Shown here piece after piece: positions 27,436-36,338 of a stretch of DNA of 64,000 bases. The notes under the pieces are model-generated. The model was not told where the DNA came from. It saw nothing but the letters and a program-made list of their open reading frames with translations, and made no database searches. How positions within the stretch are numbered: the first letter of the stretch is position 1; the number at the start of each line of letters is the position of its first letter. The position numbers and the translations under genes are program-made. The DNA lies in the sequence record NC_047880.1. One strand, 5' to 3'.

Positions 27436-27792
27436 ATGTCTGCTACTCAACTGCCTATCGACGCTCGCGCTTTTGATGACCTCGATAACATCGGCTTTTT
27501 GCATATCACTAACTGCCTGTCGATTATGCTTTCTCGTGGCGATTTAGAACTCGTCACTGATATTGCAGATCGCACAGTCACTGTTAAGTACAGCACTGGC
27601 GCTGTGAACAAACTCGGACACGGACTCATTGTCCTGCGTTTCCCCTCAGAAGTGCTTCAATCAGATATTCTCGAAGACTTCGAAGTGACCGTTGATAAGA
27701 ATATTGTGATTCTTATCGAACGCCAGTACAGTTCAGCCGCAACGTTTCAGCGCATTGCTGGCGTGATTGAAGGTCTGATGTACAAACTGTGA
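27436..27792 (+). CDS. hypothetical protein
   Basis: ATG 27436 after TGAGGAG. Confidence 0.7.
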   Translation: MSATQLPIDARAFDDLDNIGFLHITNCLSIMLSRGDLELVTDIADRTVTVKYSTGAVNKLGHGLIVLRFPSEVLQSDILEDFEVTVDKNIVILIERQYSSAATFQRIAGVIEGLMYKL

Positions 27793-27794
27793 TT

Positions 27795-27830
27795 GTTGCT
27801 TGCAGGTTCTTACGAGAGCTTGCTGTCAAC
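27795..27830 (+). repeat. diverged intergenic stem-loop, copy 3
   Basis: GTTG..GCAGGTTCT-TACG-AGAGCTTGC..CAAC, then ATAACCC...CTGAGGAG as in copy 2. Confidence 0.55.
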
Positions 27831-27856
27831 ATAACCCACATGCTGAGGAGCATACA

Positions 27857-28276
27857 ATGATGAAATTCCCAACACGCGGCCAGACTTACACACTGCGTCA
27901 AATTCTGCTTGAACTGCCTTTACGTGATTCCGCGTTCTTGCGTTTCTACCCGACTAAAGTTCGTTATGTCGGATCAAGTGAAGCAGATATTCAAGTCATT
28001 CAGACTTCTGCATTGAGCGACGAGCATTTGCTGCTTGACCCTCAGTGGGAAAACAGTGAGTGGGTATTCGTCGAAGAGACTTACGAGTGGATTCCTATCT
28101 TCCGCGCAAAAGATAATGCAGCAATCGAAGCGCTGTGTGTTATCGAAGCTTCAACCGAGTCATTCCATCGTAACAACGGGCACATGCACGTATACCCAAA
28201 AGGTATGCAGTTCCCGCAGTACGAACCGTATGATGAAACAGTTCACGCCAGCTATCTTGAGCGTGTAGGCGAATAA
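27857..28276 (+). CDS. hypothetical protein
   Basis: ATG 27857 after TGAGGAG. Confidence 0.7.
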   Translation: MMKFPTRGQTYTLRQILLELPLRDSAFLRFYPTKVRYVGSSEADIQVIQTSALSDEHLLLDPQWENSEWVFVEETYEWIPIFRAKDNAAIEALCVIEASTESFHRNNGHMHVYPKGMQFPQYEPYDETVHASYLERVGE

Positions 28277-28283
28277 CAAAACA

Positions 28284-28315
28284 GGGATGCTCACAAAGGT
28301 GGGTGTCCCCTTTTA
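28284..28315 (+). terminator. rho-independent terminator
   Basis: GGGATGCTCAC-AAAG-GTGGGTGTCCC-CTTTT. Confidence 0.7.
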
Positions 28316-28336
28316 CTTTCTGTTGAGGAAAAAGCT

Positions 28337-28846
28337 ATGACAAATAACACCAGTGCTATCGTTCTTCGTCTCATGACTCACGTTCATCTGATGCACAGTG
28401 TAGAGCAGGTCTGCATCATGCAGGACGTTGTACGCATCCGTCTGTCTGGGATCATGTATGACGTGCGCACAAACGGCCATACGTTCTTAGTGCATGAGAT
28501 TGAATCCTCCTGCATGTCATCAACTAAGGCAGCGCGTGACCTTGAAGAGAAATTGAACGGCGAGCGTGAAGCGGTACCTGTGCACGGTTTAAAAATTCAA
28601 CCACACTGGCCACCGATTATCGACAAATACACCCAGTCAATGTCTCCTCATTACATTCAAGAATACACGGAACATTGTGGTGGGCCTGACTTAGATGGTC
28701 TCAAAACAAAAACTATCTGGGTAAGATCTCACTTGCTTGAATTCTGGCGAGCGAATGGTCTGAACAATTTCCTCGACCACGTACTCTTTATCGAAGGTCG
28801 CATTCGCCGCGACGAGCTGTTCAAAGAAATCCAAAAGCACTGCTAG
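28337..28846 (+). CDS. hypothetical protein
   Basis: 169 aa, GAGG RBS. Confidence 0.65.
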   Translation: MTNNTSAIVLRLMTHVHLMHSVEQVCIMQDVVRIRLSGIMYDVRTNGHTFLVHEIESSCMSSTKAARDLEEKLNGEREAVPVHGLKIQPHWPPIIDKYTQSMSPHYIQEYTEHCGGPDLDGLKTKTIWVRSHLLEFWRANGLNNFLDHVLFIEGRIRRDELFKEIQKHC

Positions 28847-28872
28847 TTCACTCATAACAAAAGAAGGACCAA

Positions 28873-29181
28873 ATGAAAACATTACCGCTTAACTTAGCGG
28901 GCTTTGTTGTAGCGATTTATAGTCGCATTAAGTACCGTAGGGAAAGATTTAAAAACGAAATATTGGACGCGATTATAAAATTGAATCAACGAGACCGTAA
29001 CCTGTTGTTCATCGTGTTTGATTTAGAAAACAATGACAGTGGCATAACTGCATTGTCTAACATGAGTCGCAGACAGCTTGCTGACCTGTGTGCTCAAAAC
29101 TACGTGCGTGTCACAGGCAGAGATTGGTCTGTGTACCACACATTCAACCAAGTAGTATCTGCAACTAGAAGATGGGGTTAA
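28873..29181 (+). CDS. hypothetical protein
   Basis: 102 aa, AAGGA RBS. Confidence 0.6.
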   Translation: MKTLPLNLAGFVVAIYSRIKYRRERFKNEILDAIIKLNQRDRNLLFIVFDLENNDSGITALSNMSRRQLADLCAQNYVRVTGRDWSVYHTFNQVVSATRRWG

Positions 29182-29183
29182 TC

Positions 29184-29624
29184 ATGAGCGATATAGATAT
29201 TCTGATCCGTGAATACCAACGGGCGTATCTGAAAGCGGAGTCATCACACTGGGGAAACGTTGCGTACCACGTTGAAGATCTTACTGAGTGTTCGATCTAC
29301 ATGCGATTCCGTTCAGGCAGACAAGCTCTGTGGCAGCGACCCGTTCTTGTACTCGCAACAATCGACGTGAAAAATCCGGGCAACGGTTTCTTCTCCAAGC
29401 TTCTCGCTGAAACGAAAGCCCTGTGTAAAGAACGCGACTGGGTGCTACAGCTTGAGAACGTGTTGACTCCGCAGTTTCGTCGCTTCCTATCTCGTGGTGG
29501 ATTCACACCACAAGGCGTAGACTCTGATTCTGATCATGGCAGTATGTACTGGTTCCATGACGAAAGTATCCTCAGCACAACGCCTATGCGACCTGAGTAT
29601 TTTGAATTGATCAAACAGCTCTGA
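29184..29624 (+). CDS. GNAT-family acetyltransferase-like protein
   Basis: LATIDVKNPGNGFFSKLL (motif A-like) and QLENV..FRRFLSRGGF (motif B-like). Confidence 0.55.
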   Translation: MSDIDILIREYQRAYLKAESSHWGNVAYHVEDLTECSIYMRFRSGRQALWQRPVLVLATIDVKNPGNGFFSKLLAETKALCKERDWVLQLENVLTPQFRRFLSRGGFTPQGVDSDSDHGSMYWFHDESILSTTPMRPEYFELIKQL

Positions 29625-29640
29625 ACATTGATAACCACCC

Positions 29641-29671
29641 AAGCACTGGTCTGAAAAGGTCAGTGCTTTTC
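29641..29671 (+). terminator. rho-independent terminator
   Basis: AAGCACTGGTCT-GAAA-AGGTCAGTGCTT-TT. Confidence 0.65.
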
Positions 29672-29691
29672 CTACATTACTGGAGCACTAC

Positions 29692-30732
29692 ATGACTAAC
29701 GAAACTGGCATGATGATTGATGAAGATGTTCTTGATTACCTCGAAGACAGACTCACGCATGAGATGCAAGACATTACCAATGCGTTGAACAACCTGCTGT
29801 ACGCACACCGCGCTGTGTTGCAGATCTCTCACCTTGAATCAGATGAAGACATTGCTGCATTGTCTCACGCTGACCTTACGCTGCTGCTCAAGCTGGCTGA
29901 CCCGAACAGTTCTTACGACAACGTTACTCTGTCTAACAGAAAGATTCTCGGTCTTGTGCTGAATGCTCTGAACGTTGTAGAGTACCGCCTGCCGACATAT
30001 CAATCCACGCTCTTGGAGAAACGTGCCTTTGAGCTAAATGAAGTTCTCATTCTCGACAAGACTGTAGGCCAAGGTGTTATCTTCTCTGCTGCATGGAACT
30101 GGCTGCACGGCATTCAAGATGTGAACCTCGATCAGATTGGATTCAGTGAAGTGCCTGAGACAGATGGTATCTATCTCGTACTTGATGAACATAAGCAAGT
30201 GCGTATGGGCCGACTGTTCCACAACGCAGATGATGGACTTTCGTTTATTGAGCATCATGCAAATGAAAGTTCTGCGTGGCACAAGGCAGAAGAACTCAAC
30301 GAAGATGAATTGCCTATTTGCTTACTCACTAACTGGGTTCTGGTTATACCTGAGATAGTGCCTACAGTCCGTGCAACAGGTGCACCGCTTAAAGCTGCTA
30401 CTGACTGCACTCGCATCTATGCGTTCGTGACAAACCTCAGCCCTCACGTTAAGACTGAACTTGTCACACACTTCGCAGGCATTCTTGATCGTGAACTCAA
30501 TTCCGTTCAAGCGATAGGTCGTCTGTCTGAACTTGACTGGCAGAACGCAGCCCGCGCCGTTGCTGACGATGTGCTGTTACGCCTGAGTGACCGTACATCG
30601 TGGTCTACAGAGAAAGCGTGGCCGTGCTTTGTTGCTGTGTTAAAGGAGTTGGGCTTCAACTTCGAAACCCATCAGTTCGATGCTCAATATGAGTATGGTG
30701 CTAACGATGAAGAACATGATACAGATTCGTAA
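29692..30732 (+). CDS. hypothetical protein
   Basis: 346 aa, GGAG RBS. Confidence 0.7.
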   Translation: MTNETGMMIDEDVLDYLEDRLTHEMQDITNALNNLLYAHRAVLQISHLESDEDIAALSHADLTLLLKLADPNSSYDNVTLSNRKILGLVLNALNVVEYRLPTYQSTLLEKRAFELNEVLILDKTVGQGVIFSAAWNWLHGIQDVNLDQIGFSEVPETDGIYLVLDEHKQVRMGRLFHNADDGLSFIEHHANESSAWHKAEELNEDELPICLLTNWVLVIPEIVPTVRATGAPLKAATDCTRIYAFVTNLSPHVKTELVTHFAGILDRELNSVQAIGRLSELDWQNAARAVADDVLLRLSDRTSWSTEKAWPCFVAVLKELGFNFETHQFDAQYEYGANDEEHDTDS

Positions 30733-30928
30733 AAAGTTATATTTGAATGTGACAGCCTTAGTGCTGTCCTTCATTCTTATCACACTGCTTTGTTGGTCCG
30801 ACCTAAACATATTTGCGTTTGCATACGCTATGCTGCTGGGTCTATCTCTATTCTGCGCAGGCGTTGCTATTGGCCGCGTAGAAAAAACAATTGAAGAACT
30901 ATTTGAAAAGGAAGATCAGAATGGCTAA
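30716..30928 (+). CDS. small membrane protein
   Basis: Two hydrophobic segments; start uncertain. Confidence 0.5.
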   Translation: MIQIRKKLYLNVTALVLSFILITLLCWSDLNIFAFAYAMLLGLSLFCAGVAIGRVEKTIEELFEKEDQNG

Positions 30929-31466
30929 GTCACTCGGCGTATACATGACATACGTGTTACGTCACAGTCCGCAATCAATCGGTATTGCTATGGACACTCA
31001 GGGTTGGGTATCAGTTTCTGATTTCTTGCAGAAGCAACAATGGCACAAGACAAAGACTGTCTCTCTGGAAATGCTGATCGAAGAAGTGGCGAATGACGAG
31101 AAAGGCAGATTCGAGTTGAACACAAGTCAGACCAAGATTCGTTGTGTTCAAGGACACTCCGTCGAGCATGTGATTCTTAACTTGCAGGACTACATGCCTG
31201 AAGATTACCTGTATCACGGTACTGCTGAAAAGAACTTGGCAATCATCTTACAGGAAGGTCTGAGCAAGATGCGCCGCAAGCACGTTCACATCTCTGACAA
31301 CCAAACTACTGCAATGCAAGTAGGTCAGCGACACGGCAAACCTGTTGTGCTTTCAGTTGACGCCGCTACTATGGCTTCTCATGGATATAAGTTCTACCGT
31401 GCAGAGAACGGAGTCATTTTGATTAACGAAGTACCTCCACGATATCTTAGGATTGCTCATGAATAA
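30921..31466 (+). CDS. kptA: RNA 2'-phosphotransferase (KptA/Tpt1 family)
   Basis: YVLRH, GW, KGRF, IRCVQGHS, LYHGT, GLSKMRRKHVHIS, RHG, ENGV. Confidence 0.92.
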   Translation: MAKSLGVYMTYVLRHSPQSIGIAMDTQGWVSVSDFLQKQQWHKTKTVSLEMLIEEVANDEKGRFELNTSQTKIRCVQGHSVEHVILNLQDYMPEDYLYHGTAEKNLAIILQEGLSKMRRKHVHISDNQTTAMQVGQRHGKPVVLSVDAATMASHGYKFYRAENGVILINEVPPRYLRIAHE

Positions 31467-31857
31467 AAGATACTATCAATATCTAGGTGGTCGTCGATTC
31501 GTCAGATCGCCTAGCGGTACTTGGTACTTCGTGTTTCAGCGCGATGGTGCTATGGTAACGAACAGCAACGGAACAACGTTCTACCGTACAGGTTCAGAAG
31601 TGTGGAAAGATATCACGATGACTGAACGTAACCAACTTGAACGCATGTTCGTGGAATCGAGACAAGCCGAACGCAAAGTAATGAAAGAGGAAGATATGCA
31701 CTGGCTGACCCTGATCCGTGTTCTTATCAATGACTCAATGATTGAAAGCAACGAAAACAAGGCCGAATTGGCGGGGCTTTTAGATGGGCTGCGCATAGCG
31801 TCATATCAAGAGAAGCTGTCTGATCTAGACACATTATTGGACAAAACGTCTGTATAA
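31459..31857 (+). CDS. hypothetical protein
   Basis: ATG 31459 after AGGA. Confidence 0.6.
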   Translation: MNKRYYQYLGGRRFVRSPSGTWYFVFQRDGAMVTNSNGTTFYRTGSEVWKDITMTERNQLERMFVESRQAERKVMKEEDMHWLTLIRVLINDSMIESNENKAELAGLLDGLRIASYQEKLSDLDTLLDKTSV

Positions 31858-31917
31858 AGTGTAAGCACAACCTGATATACTATCTATGAACGCTAGACAT
31901 TCTGTTTAGCTATTTAC

Positions 31918-33276
31918 ATGAGGAACATGTACATGAAAAAGATCAAACACACTTTCCGCCTTGCTGACTTGGTTCACATCAAACCAAACACAAAGAAAAC
32001 CCGCAGTCACTTCGAATCCGATGTTGATGCAATCGTCGTTGGTCGTGATGATGAAGAAGACAAGTATGACCTTCACATTAAAGGTGTTGGTGTAAGTGCT
32101 TGGTACCCAGCAGAAGATCTGATTCTGATCAAACATGATCAGAGCGAACTGCTTGACCAGTGGGAATCAGGCAACTACGGGAAAAAGAAGCGCAAGATTC
32201 CTAAGACGCTGCGCAACTTCACAGCGATTCTGCCTGTGACCTGCAACGCCGATTGTTCGTTCTGTCCAGAGAAAGAGATGGAAACGAAAGCAGGCCAGAA
32301 AGAATGGCAAGACAATTTGATCGCTTCTATTCTTGCGCATGAACATCGCTTCGACCACGTATCAATCAGTGGAGGCGAACCTACTCTGCGTCAGAAATTC
32401 CTGTTCGAAACGATCGACCGTATTCTGTCTGAGACTTCAATCAAGAAAGTCGGTCTGACCTCCAACGGCCAATTCCTTGAGAAGCATAATAACACTCTGG
32501 ACTTTCTTGATCGTAACACAACGCTTGAGATGACGAGCAAGCTGTCGCATCTGAATATCAGTATGCACTCATTCAACCGTGACCGTGCAAACGAAATTAT
32601 GGGCGTGAAGTATCAGCACAGTCTGGAAGAGCTTGCCCGCTTTCGTCGTCAGTTAGGTCGCAACGTTAGCTTCCACATTAACTTTGTTCTGAATGAAAAG
32701 TCCGATGACTATCAGAAAGAGTTTCTGGCAGCACAAGCTTTCATGAAAGAACATCCGTACATTGATGTTGTATTCCGTGTTGACTACAACAACAAAGAGC
32801 TGTCGCAAGAGCTGCGCGACTACGCTATGGCCGTTGAAGAGTATCACGCACAATCTGCTGATGCTGTTAAACGCCGCTTGAAGTTCAAGGCGCCTAAAGT
32901 ATTACGTCCTAAGCTTGTTCAGAAGTTTGATGGAGTCTTCGGGCATAACGAAGATCACGAAGAAGGTGCTTGGACAACGGGCTGTCCGTCTTGCTTCACT
33001 CACTGTTCTGATTCCGTCAACAATAGTCATGCGTACTTGAAAGCGAGTTCATACGAACCGAATGAAGATGAAGATGAATACACTGAGATGGTGTTTCACA
33101 TGGACGGTAAGTTGTACTTCGATTGGTCGCGTGTGGATGTAGTGCCTGCTAAGAAACCGAAAGCAAAGAAAGTTGTGGCGAAAGCTAAGAAAGAAAAGAC
33201 TAAACGCGATTGTGTGTACTACCCGCGTTCTGGTTGTTCTTATGCTCGTACTGGCGTAGGCTCTTGTCAATTCTAA
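31918..33276 (+). CDS. radical SAM enzyme with extra N-terminal domain (start may be 31927 or 31933)
   Basis: CNADCSFC (CxxxCxxC), SISGGEP, GLTSNG, LNISMH; further Cys near C-terminus. Confidence 0.85.
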   Translation: MRNMYMKKIKHTFRLADLVHIKPNTKKTRSHFESDVDAIVVGRDDEEDKYDLHIKGVGVSAWYPAEDLILIKHDQSELLDQWESGNYGKKKRKIPKTLRNFTAILPVTCNADCSFCPEKEMETKAGQKEWQDNLIASILAHEHRFDHVSISGGEPTLRQKFLFETIDRILSETSIKKVGLTSNGQFLEKHNNTLDFLDRNTTLEMTSKLSHLNISMHSFNRDRANEIMGVKYQHSLEELARFRRQLGRNVSFHINFVLNEKSDDYQKEFLAAQAFMKEHPYIDVVFRVDYNNKELSQELRDYAMAVEEYHAQSADAVKRRLKFKAPKVLRPKLVQKFDGVFGHNEDHEEGAWTTGCPSCFTHCSDSVNNSHAYLKASSYEPNEDEDEYTEMVFHMDGKLYFDWSRVDVVPAKKPKAKKVVAKAKKEKTKRDCVYYPRSGCSYARTGVGSCQF

Positions 33277-33287
33277 GGGGATAAAAA

Positions 33288-33842
33288 ATGAAACCTGTTG
33301 AACATTCCGAAGGTTACTGGGCATCTGCACTCTGCCCTCTTCTGCCTACAGCGATTCATAAAGATCGCGCATGGCACGGCAAGAAACTGTTTCTTGCAAA
33401 ACTTGATCGCGTAGAGTTGCAAGCGAACCGTGTGCAATTCCGTGGCATCTCTAAATGTCGTCTGTGTAACTGTCAGAACGGTGGAGGTACCTTTGAGTAT
33501 CTCGGCTGGCGTTGGCCTCAAGGCTATTCTCATTACATCGACGAGCACAACATCAAGCCGTCTGCTGAGTTCTTTGAATTCGTTAATCGCTGTACGACCG
33601 ACCCGAAGATCAAAGTAGACGTTAGCACAGGCGTAACGAAAAAAGAGATGTTGCTTCTGGAGCATGTTGCATGTGCCTATGCAGGCAGCGAGCAAGTGCG
33701 CCTCCATGCAATGTATATTGTGGCTAAGATGCTACGTGCTGAACGCGGCCAGAACATGCCGCACACTAACGTGGTTATTGTTGATGAAAATAGTAGCGAA
33801 GACGAACTCCGCGCTGCTCTGAAAAGAATGGGAGTCTTATAA
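33288..33842 (+). CDS. hypothetical protein with CxxC and HY..H putative zinc site
   Basis: FRGISKCRLC...GWRWPQGYSHYIDEH. Confidence 0.7.
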   Translation: MKPVEHSEGYWASALCPLLPTAIHKDRAWHGKKLFLAKLDRVELQANRVQFRGISKCRLCNCQNGGGTFEYLGWRWPQGYSHYIDEHNIKPSAEFFEFVNRCTTDPKIKVDVSTGVTKKEMLLLEHVACAYAGSEQVRLHAMYIVAKMLRAERGQNMPHTNVVIVDENSSEDELRAALKRMGVL

Positions 33843-34174
33843 TGTATTCTGTTTATTACACTGCGTACCATACGTGGCGCAAACGCTTTTCTGCTGTCGT
33901 CGTGTTGTTAGTTCTGACTCTGATTGCTCAGGGTTACATGAGCCAAACAATGGCGAACAGTTACTGGATGTGGATTGGCATTCTGTACATCATACCGCTT
34001 GCTGTTAGTTGGTACTACATGGCTTTCTATAGTGACTGTCTGATTTCTGATTTGCAGGCAGGAACTCACGTTGTCTGTCCTGGCTATGACAAGTGGAAAA
34101 AGCGACACATCGCTTGGTACACAAAACGTTTTGGCAGCGCACCTCGTATTAAACAGATGGGGGATAATAACTAA
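33842..34174 (+). CDS. membrane protein
   Basis: Two hydrophobic segments. Confidence 0.65.
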   Translation: MYSVYYTAYHTWRKRFSAVVVLLVLTLIAQGYMSQTMANSYWMWIGILYIIPLAVSWYYMAFYSDCLISDLQAGTHVVCPGYDKWKKRHIAWYTKRFGSAPRIKQMGDNN

Positions 34175-34500
34175 TGATTACTTTCCTTCTCCGTGCTCTA
34201 GGCCTGCGCTACCCCTCAGTCTATTGTGCCCTGAACAATATGCGCAAAGATTGTGTGCGTATCTCCTATGACTCTTACGTTGTAAAAAATTCTTCTGGAC
34301 TAGCCGAAGCAATCAATGACTATATCAAAAATACTTACGATATGGTTAGCCCTAATGATCGTGATACAGCTTCGGCGTTGCGCGTTAATCTTTTAGAAGG
34401 TGCAACAAACGTGCATTATCCTAGCGTTGTGTGGGTGACGCAGAGTTCATTAGAAATTCTGCATGTTGATTATGATCAATCTGATGCGTACGGAGCGTAG
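34174..34500 (+). CDS. hypothetical protein
   Basis: 108 aa, TAATG overlap. Confidence 0.6.
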   Translation: MITFLLRALGLRYPSVYCALNNMRKDCVRISYDSYVVKNSSGLAEAINDYIKNTYDMVSPNDRDTASALRVNLLEGATNVHYPSVVWVTQSSLEILHVDYDQSDAYGA

Positions 34501-34503
34501 CTA

Positions 34504-34980
34504 ATGAGTCGTCTGTTTACTGAGAACCACCGCAAGAAACATCACGTTGCTTCAACTGACCCTAAGTATCATGGTGCTGAGTGTGAAGCAATCTATCTCA
34601 ACGGTATGGAGTTGTTGAAAGAGCATCACTACCTACGCTCTGTGCTGACCAACATAAATATTGTTTCTAGTTCTTCTGGCATCACTAATAAGACAACGCG
34701 CAAGACTCGTAACGCTTGGGTGAAAGCTGTTGCTGCCCTAGCAGACGAACCGCGTAGTCGTGCAACTCTTATTGCTCGGTACAACGATGTTGCCGAGCTG
34801 CTGAAAGATGCAAGGCACTCTTATTCCGAGTACCACAGCGAACGACACGGCGTGCCTATCCTGTATCACGTAGTCGACCCGCGTATGCAGGTTCTCGTCA
34901 AGTGTCACACTCACGGGTATGCCCGTCACTATATCGACTCAACGGGCATCATCGCAAAACTTAAATATATTAAGGTGTAA
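34504..34980 (+). CDS. hypothetical protein
   Basis: 158 aa, GGAG RBS. Confidence 0.65.
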   Translation: MSRLFTENHRKKHHVASTDPKYHGAECEAIYLNGMELLKEHHYLRSVLTNINIVSSSSGITNKTTRKTRNAWVKAVAALADEPRSRATLIARYNDVAELLKDARHSYSEYHSERHGVPILYHVVDPRMQVLVKCHTHGYARHYIDSTGIIAKLKYIKV

Positions 34981-34984
34981 AGAA

Positions 34985-35242
34985 ATGGCTGTAGGCTTTG
35001 GACCTGCTGATGGTGTTCAAGATACCATCCACGCAAACTTGATGAATGAACTTGATCGCGTTCGTTCAGAACTTCAAGGTAGTGGTAGCGATTATTGCCA
35101 TGACTGTGACGCAGAGATTCCAGTCATGCGCAAGCTTGCAATGCCGAACGCTATCTACTGTGTAAGCTGTCAATCAGATCACGACGGCAGCGCTCACGTT
35201 TCCTACAACCGACGTGGCTCGAAAGACTCACAGTTGAGGTAA
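34985..35242 (+). CDS. ybiI: DksA/TraR-family C4 zinc finger protein (YbiI-like)
   Basis: CHDC..EIP..R..AMP....CVSCQ; C-terminus YNRRGSKDSQLR as in E. coli YbiI (from memory). Confidence 0.85.
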   Translation: MAVGFGPADGVQDTIHANLMNELDRVRSELQGSGSDYCHDCDAEIPVMRKLAMPNAIYCVSCQSDHDGSAHVSYNRRGSKDSQLR

Positions 35243-35244
35243 GT

Positions 35245-35610
35245 ATGGGTATCAGATATATTCCTCGTTGGATTTACCTGAGTATCAAACGTGTCGTTCT
35301 CTCCATCGAATTGAAACTGCTCGAACGTAAAGTCCAGCGAACGGAAGAACAAAGAGTTGTGTTCGATGCGATTGCGAACATGGGCGTTCGTGGTCATCAA
35401 GTCTTGGTTTACTTTGATCGTTACTACAAGAAACCTCGTGGCATTAGTCACAATCTTGTTTACTTGTGGCCGAAGAAAACATTGCATCAAGTATTCCACA
35501 ATAACGGTATTGAAGTGTCAGACACACCTGACTACGAAGTTGCGTTCAACCAACTACTCGACAAAGTATACAGAGAAGATAAGCATGAAACCGACTATAT
35601 GGAAAGTTAA
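35245..35610 (+). CDS. hypothetical protein
   Basis: 121 aa, GAGG RBS. Confidence 0.6.
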   Translation: MGIRYIPRWIYLSIKRVVLSIELKLLERKVQRTEEQRVVFDAIANMGVRGHQVLVYFDRYYKKPRGISHNLVYLWPKKTLHQVFHNNGIEVSDTPDYEVAFNQLLDKVYREDKHETDYMES

Positions 35611-35944
35611 GTACACGCAGAAAGATAAGCCAAGCAATACGCATGGCGCTATCTTTTTCTCTCAAGAGGACTTTGAGAAATCTGCGTGGTTGCACTCTCT
35701 CAATTTCACTGTCGATGTTCAGACATTCATTGAGCTGCCGCTTGATTCGTTTCAATACCCAAACGTACCAAGCACCACGGAACCTCCGCGTATCTTTAGC
35801 GTTAAGCATTACACAGGCGACGAGCATCCGTCACTGATAGGCATGAAGCAATACTTCCACGTCATTGGTGATCGTGAGGAAGTACAAGAGTTTGCTGACA
35901 TGCTCAACACCGCACTGCTGTGTGCGTCAAAAGTTAAACAGTAG
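35585..35944 (+). CDS. hypothetical protein
   Basis: ATG 35585 within ORF 35357..35944. Confidence 0.6.
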   Translation: MKPTIWKVKYTQKDKPSNTHGAIFFSQEDFEKSAWLHSLNFTVDVQTFIELPLDSFQYPNVPSTTEPPRIFSVKHYTGDEHPSLIGMKQYFHVIGDREEVQEFADMLNTALLCASKVKQ

Positions 35945-35951
35945 GTGAATC

Positions 35952-36287
35952 ATGAACGAGAAATTCGGTGGAATCTCTGACGAAGAAGTGGAAGTCTTCT
36001 TGAAGCAGAATGGTTTTATGCAAGTGCGTAAGCTTGAGACAGGTGAATGGATTGGACTGATGCGCCTAGCATTCACAATGAGCGTGTGTTGTGATATTGA
36101 TGACATGACACCGTTTCGTTATCGTTGGTGTTTCAGCGAACTTGCCGAAGCCATGCACTTCTTCGCTGTATGCAAGTCTGTGACAGAAGTACCAGAAGAA
36201 GATCGTAGACATTCACTTGCTGGTCATCGGTACATTGATAAGCCGTTACTCGTTCTGTACAACGAAGTGGGGCTGCCTCGCTGGTAG
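35952..36287 (+). CDS. hypothetical protein
   Basis: 111 aa, AGGTG RBS. Confidence 0.65.
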   Translation: MNEKFGGISDEEVEVFLKQNGFMQVRKLETGEWIGLMRLAFTMSVCCDIDDMTPFRYRWCFSELAEAMHFFAVCKSVTEVPEEDRRHSLAGHRYIDKPLLVLYNEVGLPRW

Positions 36288-36338
36288 TCGATACGATTCT
36301 GTAAATCCCCTCTATAACTGTTGAGTAAGGAAAAGAAA

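Noticed and set aside
26980-27830. Integron attC sites
   Set aside because: Lack the RYYYAAC...GTTRRRY order and no integrase is in the window; kept only as generic stems
31918-33276. Viperin or QueE assignment for the radical SAM gene
   Set aside because: Lacks the viperin NYHF..CNY.C.FC context, and no 7-deazaguanine pathway genes are in the window
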